This document shows, piece by piece, positions 34,816 to 40,311 of a DNA stretch of 40,311 nucleotides. The notes under the pieces were generated by a model. The model made no database searches. It saw only the letters and a program-made list of their open reading frames with translations, and was not told the DNA's origin. The translations under genes and the position numbers were made by a program. Every line of letters starts with the position of its first letter. The first letter of the stretch is position 1. The DNA comes from a virus: UHGV virus genome UHGV-1329780; one strand, given 5' to 3'.

Positions 34816-35256
34816 TTGAAGTTTAACATTAGAATATCTAATAGTTTTCTACATGGGGAAAGCAACACCCCTTTCGCTGTAGACGGACCTTTCCTTACTG
34901 ATGATGAAATAAAAATCATACAAAGTTTTTTAGAGGATGTTGCCAATGGAAGGGCGCTTGTTGGAAAAAACAAGCCCTCGTGGGTTGATGATAACCATGA
35001 TAAAATTCCCGGCTCAGACAATTATGAGCAAGAGAATTATTGGCATTATCATTGTGGGCCAACATGGTATCCAAACACATTTAAGAATTATACCATTAAC
35101 TTAAATTTCAACCCTGGCGGAAGGCATTCTAATGAATGCATTCATTATGCAAAAAATGATAATGAAATTGTCATTGTTGGATTTTCAAGAGAACACATAC
35201 CTTTCCTTTCATCAGATGGAAACAACAATCCGCTTTTTAATGATGAAGAAGAATAG
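34816..35256 (+). CDS. AT-rich moron protein of unknown function (Asn/Asp-rich, acidic C-terminus)
   Basis: About 146 aa from TTG 34816 (AGGAG at spacing 6); AT-rich relative to flanking late genes; followed immediately by an intrinsic terminator; no family recognised by eye. Confidence 0.5.
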   Translation: MKFNIRISNSFLHGESNTPFAVDGPFLTDDEIKIIQSFLEDVANGRALVGKNKPSWVDDNHDKIPGSDNYEQENYWHYHCGPTWYPNTFKNYTINLNFNPGGRHSNECIHYAKNDNEIVIVGFSREHIPFLSSDGNNNPLFNDEEE

Positions 35257-35276
35257 CCCGCGCTGCGGGCTTTTTT
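35256..35276 (+). terminator. Intrinsic terminator after the moron
   Basis: GCCCGC-GCT-GCGGGC hairpin followed by TTTTTT. Confidence 0.75.
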
Positions 35277-35348
35277 GTGGACGAAACAAAAGTCAGTGCT
35301 ACACTCATTGACGCCACATTGAGGTGGCTTATAGATGGAAATTTCACA

Positions 35349-35510
35349 ATGAAAAAAGCATTTGCTGCACTGTTCGTTTTGTTGTCTCTGGTAGCTTCAA
35401 CTCAGGCCTTTGCCGGTCGTTGTCAGCACGACAGCGACACTGCTGCTGACGGCTCCCGCTGCGGTGGGCGTTCTGCGGACTCCCGTCCGGGCGGCGGTGG
35501 CATTCGTTAA
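35349..35510 (+). CDS. Candidate small secreted peptide
   Basis: 53 aa; N-terminal signal-peptide-like MKKAFAALFVLLSLVASTQAFA then a Gly/Arg/Asp-rich segment with two Cys; weak RBS, so the call is tentative. Confidence 0.3.
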   Translation: MKKAFAALFVLLSLVASTQAFAGRCQHDSDTAADGSRCGGRSADSRPGGGGIR

Positions 35511-35552
35511 AAACAAGGCCGCGAAAGCGGCCTGTGACATGTCACGCTCACG

Positions 35553-35693
35553 TTATGACAAGCCTATGTACCCTGCTACACCAGATAATATCATAATAAC
35601 TGCAACAGCAAATTCGCCATCGTCAATGATACATTTACGGTTCATAACGCCAAGTGCAACAAGCGCAAACACAACAAGAATAAAAGCAATCAT
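35553..35693 (-). CDS. Candidate small hydrophobic membrane protein
   Basis: 46 aa (MIAFILVVFALVALGVMNRKCIIDDGEFAVAVIMILSGVAGYIGLS), two hydrophobic segments; ATG 9 nt downstream of the stop of the 824-aa gene; below the ORF-track cutoff. Confidence 0.3.
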   Translation of the reverse strand: MIAFILVVFALVALGVMNRKCIIDDGEFAVAVIMILSGVAGYIGLS

Positions 35694-35702
35694 TTCTCAT
35701 CC

Positions 35703-38177
35703 TTATTGCGGAGTGACATCCTGTGGTCGCCACCAGTATGTCTGGTTAAACTCTTTCTTCGAACGTTGCTCCATTTTACGCAAATAACCTGGTGAAAAAT
35801 ACTCCTGCATCTGGTTAAAGATCATGTGATCGAGAGCCGCCTTCAAGTACCAGAGATTCGCACCTGGCATCAGACCTTTCCCCAGCTTAACCAGATCACC
35901 ACCAGTCTGCTCACTCTTCCCTTCCACAGCATTTAACGGTATGCCCTGAGCAATCTTCACTACGTCATCAACCAGACCAGCTACCGGGCCAAGCATCGAC
36001 GCCAGCGCGCCGCTTCCGTACCTAGTGTGATCTGACAATAAAAAGTCACCGTAAAGGCCAAGACCACCACCTTTCAGTAGAGCACCAAGCCAAAATTTAG
36101 CAGCATCTTCTCCTGTCATCTCGCGAGGATTACGACCAGACGCAAGGTCGTTAAGTTGCTGCGACAAAGCGCCAAGAATGGTCGTACTGGCAATAAACGT
36201 CGCAATATATGCCGCACGCCCACCAGCAGACGGCATACCCATAGCGCGTGACCAGTGACGCATAACCACCGAGATAGGGAACGATTTAAACAGGAAAACA
36301 CTTCTCGTTAATTCACCTTTCCATGTTCCACGCTGAATACCAGAACCGGTTATCAGTTGCTCACGTGCTCCCGGTGTAATAACAGCCATATCAACTTCTT
36401 CAGTTACGGCACCGAGCAGTTTACGCATTGCCTCAAATTTCACGCGTTCAGGCTCACCAAGATGTTTAACTGCTGAATCAGGGATACGCATAATGCTTTC
36501 CGGTGTCAGCATCGTATTATTACCGTTCCCCCAGTCCTCCTGTTTCGCCAGCTTCCATACGCTCCAGTCTGTGTCAGTAATCCCTTTGCTTTTCAGGATA
36601 CGAAAATCAGAGTCATCGAGGCTACGAAGGTCTGGTGTACGTGACACTACTTCTCCCAGGCTTCCCATCATGGTTACGCCATAGGCGCGCTTGTGCGCAT
36701 CTGACCATGCTGTAAGCCCACTGGCACGCATTACCGCCGTTGCCGCCCAACGAGACACTGACGGCCCCATATTATCCATCGCCCAGCGGTTAACGCTGCC
36801 AAGTAGAGATTCCATCGCCAGACCAGCGCGGCGCGCCCGCGCAAGTTCTGTACGGTTCGTTGGGTCCATAGCTTCAAGCTGGTTGCGGAATAACTGGTTC
36901 ATTGGAAGGTTGGTAACCTTCGCAGACAGATACATGGTTCCAAGATCAGAGAACGATGACAGCAACGCGGATCCGAGTCTGCTGGCAACCAGCCAGTTGC
37001 GGATATTGTCAGACCATCGCGCGATGTGCGGATTCGCTACAGGCTGTGTCTTTCCGGAAATAAAGTTGTACAGATTCTCTGTGTTGTTCGCCAGCCGCTC
37101 GACTTTACCGGTTTTACTCGGGTTAGCTGTTGCCGTTTCTGCCTTCACCTGATCAAGAAGAGAGCGGAAAACATGATCGGGGTTTGGGCCATATGTTTCC
37201 ACCAGTGCAATATCTTTACTGATACCTTCCAGGTGACCGACCATGATTTCCCATAGAGAGCGATCGCCATAAAGTTGCTGATATTGCAGATAGGAATCTG
37301 CATCTTTGAAATGTATCTGTCGTGATGCATTACCACGGTTAGCACGTGCGCCGGAAATTCGCATTCCGGTATCAGTAAGCTTATTCAGCCCACCAGTAGC
37401 GATCGTGTTATAAGCCTCTCCAAGAAATGAAGACAACTCGGCATCGTTCATCAGTTGTCCATCGGCTCGGATATAATATTTGCGATCCAGCTTACCTATA
37501 ACATCGCTAACCCACTTATCCTTTGATACTGCCCCAACCTTTTCCATAGAATGATGTTGAGGGATCCCCCAGTTTTCGAGATAGCCAATGTCCCCACCAG
37601 CATCATTAAACCGGCGGCGCAGCAGCTCTGTAACTTCTCTCCACGCCTTAGCACCGTTTCTTGCTTTAGCATTGCCAGTATTTTGCCCCCGCATTTCATA
37701 TACCAGGTCACGTACGCCCGCTTCATCTTCAAACAGACCAAAAAAGCGAGGATCAACTGCTTCGAATGCCTCCTGCAATTGACTCAATGCATAATCACGG
37801 GTGGCTTTTGTTCTGGATTCAACAGAGAGGAAATTAGATTTACCGTCTGCATTAAAAGCTATAGTACGGTTAAGAGCGCCAAGTTTCCCATCAGCCCCTT
37901 GATAGCTATTGATAAATTTATCCAATCTCTGACGCGCGGCTATAGTGAGAGCCACACGACGTTTCTTTAATGCCGCTTCTCGCTGTAATTCTTCAGATGC
38001 CAATTGTGCTGCTCGATATAGCCGCTCTGATTCGGAAAGTTGTCTCCACGACATCGGGTCATCACGAGCAATGGAGCGCATATTTCGATAAATGCGGTCT
38101 TCAATGTTCTGTATTTCTCGCGCCGTTAACGTGCGCTGCGCCGCCTGCTGGACCGCTTGTATACATTCCTGTCTCAT
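35703..38177 (-). CDS. Large internal virion (ejection/core) protein
   Basis: 824 aa; last large gene of the core module, coupled to the upstream 600-aa gene; identity assigned by size and position. Confidence 0.5.
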   Translation of the reverse strand: MRQECIQAVQQAAQRTLTAREIQNIEDRIYRNMRSIARDDPMSWRQLSESERLYRAAQLASEELQREAALKKRRVALTIAARQRLDKFINSYQGADGKLGALNRTIAFNADGKSNFLSVESRTKATRDYALSQLQEAFEAVDPRFFGLFEDEAGVRDLVYEMRGQNTGNAKARNGAKAWREVTELLRRRFNDAGGDIGYLENWGIPQHHSMEKVGAVSKDKWVSDVIGKLDRKYYIRADGQLMNDAELSSFLGEAYNTIATGGLNKLTDTGMRISGARANRGNASRQIHFKDADSYLQYQQLYGDRSLWEIMVGHLEGISKDIALVETYGPNPDHVFRSLLDQVKAETATANPSKTGKVERLANNTENLYNFISGKTQPVANPHIARWSDNIRNWLVASRLGSALLSSFSDLGTMYLSAKVTNLPMNQLFRNQLEAMDPTNRTELARARRAGLAMESLLGSVNRWAMDNMGPSVSRWAATAVMRASGLTAWSDAHKRAYGVTMMGSLGEVVSRTPDLRSLDDSDFRILKSKGITDTDWSVWKLAKQEDWGNGNNTMLTPESIMRIPDSAVKHLGEPERVKFEAMRKLLGAVTEEVDMAVITPGAREQLITGSGIQRGTWKGELTRSVFLFKSFPISVVMRHWSRAMGMPSAGGRAAYIATFIASTTILGALSQQLNDLASGRNPREMTGEDAAKFWLGALLKGGGLGLYGDFLLSDHTRYGSGALASMLGPVAGLVDDVVKIAQGIPLNAVEGKSEQTGGDLVKLGKGLMPGANLWYLKAALDHMIFNQMQEYFSPGYLRKMEQRSKKEFNQTYWWRPQDVTPQ

Positions 38178-38182
38178 TTAAT

Positions 38183-39985
38183 TTAACCTCTCAAGAAACA
38201 CGCCACAGCGACATCAAACAGGCTGGAATCCTGTATTGCCTGCTCACTTTCCCTGTTCGCTTCATCCAGTACTTCACGCGCGCTGCGCGATTGTGGATTA
38301 CCATCATCATCCAGCACGGTGATTATCATGTCCGGATATTCAAGCAGCGAGTCTTCAGCTATACGCAGATCAATATCTCCTGCCGGATCTGCCATCATTT
38401 TTTGTTCTGTCTGTTGCAATATCTTACCGGGATCAAAAGGAGCTACTTCGTCTGGCGTCCTGACCTCTGCTGTTTTATAGAATGAAACAGCCTGAGCATT
38501 AAGTTCACTTTCTGCCTGCTGTCTCCGAGCCAGTTCTGCTCGAGCTTCAAAAAACTGACCGCCAGGCTCATGCGGTGCCAACGCGTTACGGGAAAATTCC
38601 AGGCGTTCTTGTGCCTGCCGGATTCGTTGGTCAATATCCCGAAGTCTGGCCTGTTTATCTGATCGAGCACGAGACAAAGCTTTACCGCTACCGGCTGGAT
38701 CTTCTGCAAGAATTTGTGCGCGCTGTTCAGTGAGATTTTCAATAATTCGTTGGCTATTAGCGATTTCAGACTGGTAAACCTGTCTATCGCCACGCGGCAA
38801 AAGCTGCGCGGCCTGTTCTTCAAGCAACCGATTTTCTATAGCGCGCGCCGTTACTCCATCATCTACAGATGACAGAGCCTCATTAACTGCCTGAGACAGC
38901 AGACTCTTGCGTCCAGGAATTTCACTGAAAGATGCAGACTCAACAATGCTGGCAACGTCTACAGGTCTCCCCTGGCTAACATCAGACATGGCTTTTCGCA
39001 GAGCCTGAATGTGCGAATTACGCGAAAGCACGTTGATCGGCACGCCGGGAGCAATATCAATTTCAGCATGATGAGCGGCATTCGCCGCCAGTGCAGCATC
39101 GATATCAACTGGTGAAAAATTTGGTGCGCTTGTAGACTCGCCGCGAGAGTTAATAAATCTGCCGACACCACCAAACGCCACCCCAAGAACAGCATCAATA
39201 GCAATTGCCTGTCGATCCAACACATCATACTGGTTAGCCATTTCGCTATAGCCACCATCACGAAGCGTTTTTGCAGTAAGCCCACGCTGTGCCATACCGA
39301 ACGCAATATTTGTACCTGCGGCATAGGCAATATCTGGCGTTGCACGTACTGCTGTTGCTGCGGCGCGTCGCACTGAACTTTCACCCGTCCGCGCAAGCTG
39401 AGCCGCCACACCTTCCGCCAGCGCACCACCAGCACGTAACCCGAGGCTCATAGGGATCAGTGTTCCGGCACCAGCAGTAATACCCTGCACTAATCCCGCT
39501 TCCTGCGCCGTCCTGAAATCAACACCCTGTGCTGTAAGCCGTTCAAACTCAGAAAAACCCTGTAGAGAAGTTACCGCCGCAGCACCTCCGACCGGACCAC
39601 CGAGCGTTGTACCGACAACAGCCTGCCCGCCCATATCGAACAACCCATAAAGGACCTGCCCGGCGGTTCCGGTTGTCGCGGCATCAGGCGTCAGCCGCTT
39701 AACCTGCTGCTCTGCTAGTTTTCTCTGCTCAGCAATGTATGAAACTGAAGTGTCATTGATCGAGGTGTTTTCGTTAACAAACTGAGCAATCGGGGATACG
39801 ATTTTATCCATCCCTGCCCATAGCAACTGATCTGGCTTTGCCACCAGCCCGGAGTACAAACCAGACAATGCCGCTCCTACAGCATTGTCGAAAAAACCAA
39901 CATCGCTGTTAAAGCCAGCTGGATTTGATGCTGCTTCGTCAAGCTGCTGATTCTGGTTTACTGGATTAAGGCCAAAGTAACTCAT
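38183..39985 (-). CDS. Internal virion (ejection/core) protein
   Basis: 600 aa; Ala/Gly-rich; ATGA overlap with the upstream gene. Confidence 0.5.
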   Translation of the reverse strand: MSYFGLNPVNQNQQLDEAASNPAGFNSDVGFFDNAVGAALSGLYSGLVAKPDQLLWAGMDKIVSPIAQFVNENTSINDTSVSYIAEQRKLAEQQVKRLTPDAATTGTAGQVLYGLFDMGGQAVVGTTLGGPVGGAAAVTSLQGFSEFERLTAQGVDFRTAQEAGLVQGITAGAGTLIPMSLGLRAGGALAEGVAAQLARTGESSVRRAAATAVRATPDIAYAAGTNIAFGMAQRGLTAKTLRDGGYSEMANQYDVLDRQAIAIDAVLGVAFGGVGRFINSRGESTSAPNFSPVDIDAALAANAAHHAEIDIAPGVPINVLSRNSHIQALRKAMSDVSQGRPVDVASIVESASFSEIPGRKSLLSQAVNEALSSVDDGVTARAIENRLLEEQAAQLLPRGDRQVYQSEIANSQRIIENLTEQRAQILAEDPAGSGKALSRARSDKQARLRDIDQRIRQAQERLEFSRNALAPHEPGGQFFEARAELARRQQAESELNAQAVSFYKTAEVRTPDEVAPFDPGKILQQTEQKMMADPAGDIDLRIAEDSLLEYPDMIITVLDDDGNPQSRSAREVLDEANRESEQAIQDSSLFDVAVACFLRG

Positions 39986-40311
39986 TGCGGAATATCTCCG
40001 GAGAATCTCTGACGCTTCTGTGTCAGATTAAGAACAACGGGAGAACCATCATCTTTCAGCAGATAACCAGTACCAAGTTTCACCAGGTACTGACTATCGC
40101 CGTAACTTTGCAAACCATACTGACCAGGCGGTGTTTTTATCCCGGAGCCGACAACTTGTTCATTCCAAGCCTGATTAACCTGCTTATCGAATTGCTCTGC
40201 AGACATTCCCCACGGCAAAAGGACATTCCCCATTCCGTTATAGTCATGCACGCCACCTGTAGCTACGTTAACAGCCTGTTTCCAGACATCATTGTCAATT
40301 TCGCCTGATAC
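39982..40311 (-). CDS. C-terminal part of an internal virion protein whose 5' end runs off the window end (probably the same gene as 1-2184)
   Basis: The frame of ORF 39982-40251 stays open from 40251 to 40311 (the M at 40251 is an in-frame GTG, not a real start); codon phase at 40309-40311 is continuous with the codon at 1-3. Confidence 0.55.
   Translation of the reverse strand, partial: VSGEIDNDVWKQAVNVATGGVHDYNGMGNVLLPWGMSAEQFDKQVNQAWNEQVVGSGIKTPPGQYGLQSYGDSQYLVKLGTGYLLKDDGSPVVLNLTQKRQRFSGDIPQ

Noticed and set aside
39982-40251. ORF-track 89-aa protein starting with M at 40251
   Set aside because: The codon at 40249-40251 is an in-frame GTG inside a frame that stays open to the window end, so this is the C-terminal part of a longer gene, not an independent 89-aa protein.
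1-40311. CRISPR arrays, rRNA genes, insertion sequences or transposases
   Set aside because: No regularly spaced direct repeats with unique spacers, no rRNA-like segments, and no ORF with a transposase-like DDE or HTH pattern. The only recombinase is the P4-type tyrosine integrase.

Overview
The window reads as one near-complete temperate podovirus-type phage genome with lambda-like regulatory logic; no host flank is evident. All calls are from reading the sequence and ORF track by eye, without database searches. The long minus-strand transcription unit runs cro-like regulator, O-like/P-like replication genes, a nin-like block of small genes, small and large terminase, portal (T7 gp8-like C-terminal tail), scaffold, major capsid, tail adaptor/nozzle, internal virion proteins, tailspike, holins, GH19-type endolysin, Rz/Rz1, terminator, candidate attP and a P4-type integrase. 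On the plus strand sit a tandem-HTH CI-like repressor and an early-left operon with YqaJ-type exonuclease, RecT, AlpA-like protein and an MT-A70 (DPPW) adenine methyltransferase. The reading frame open at the window start is in frame with the frame open at the window end, so the record is probably a circularly permuted complete genome of about 40.3 kb. The most interesting content is: (1) a 15-bp dyad TTACC-N5-GGTAA found at 13 intergenic sites, often over -10 or RBS positions; (2) a near-consensus LexA box in front of a small paralog of the Bro-N antirepressor C-terminal domain, paired with a repressor lacking a peptidase domain; (3) a plus-strand cassette inside the late operon with a structured leader, tRNA-Arg(UCU) and an AT-rich membrane coiled-coil protein rich in AGA/AGG; (4) a plus-strand accessory island between the internal virion genes and the tailspike; (5) a tailspike with Asp-box motifs and a C-terminal chaperone-like domain; (6) ori-like repeats inside the O-like gene. 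No rRNA, CRISPR array or transposase was seen.
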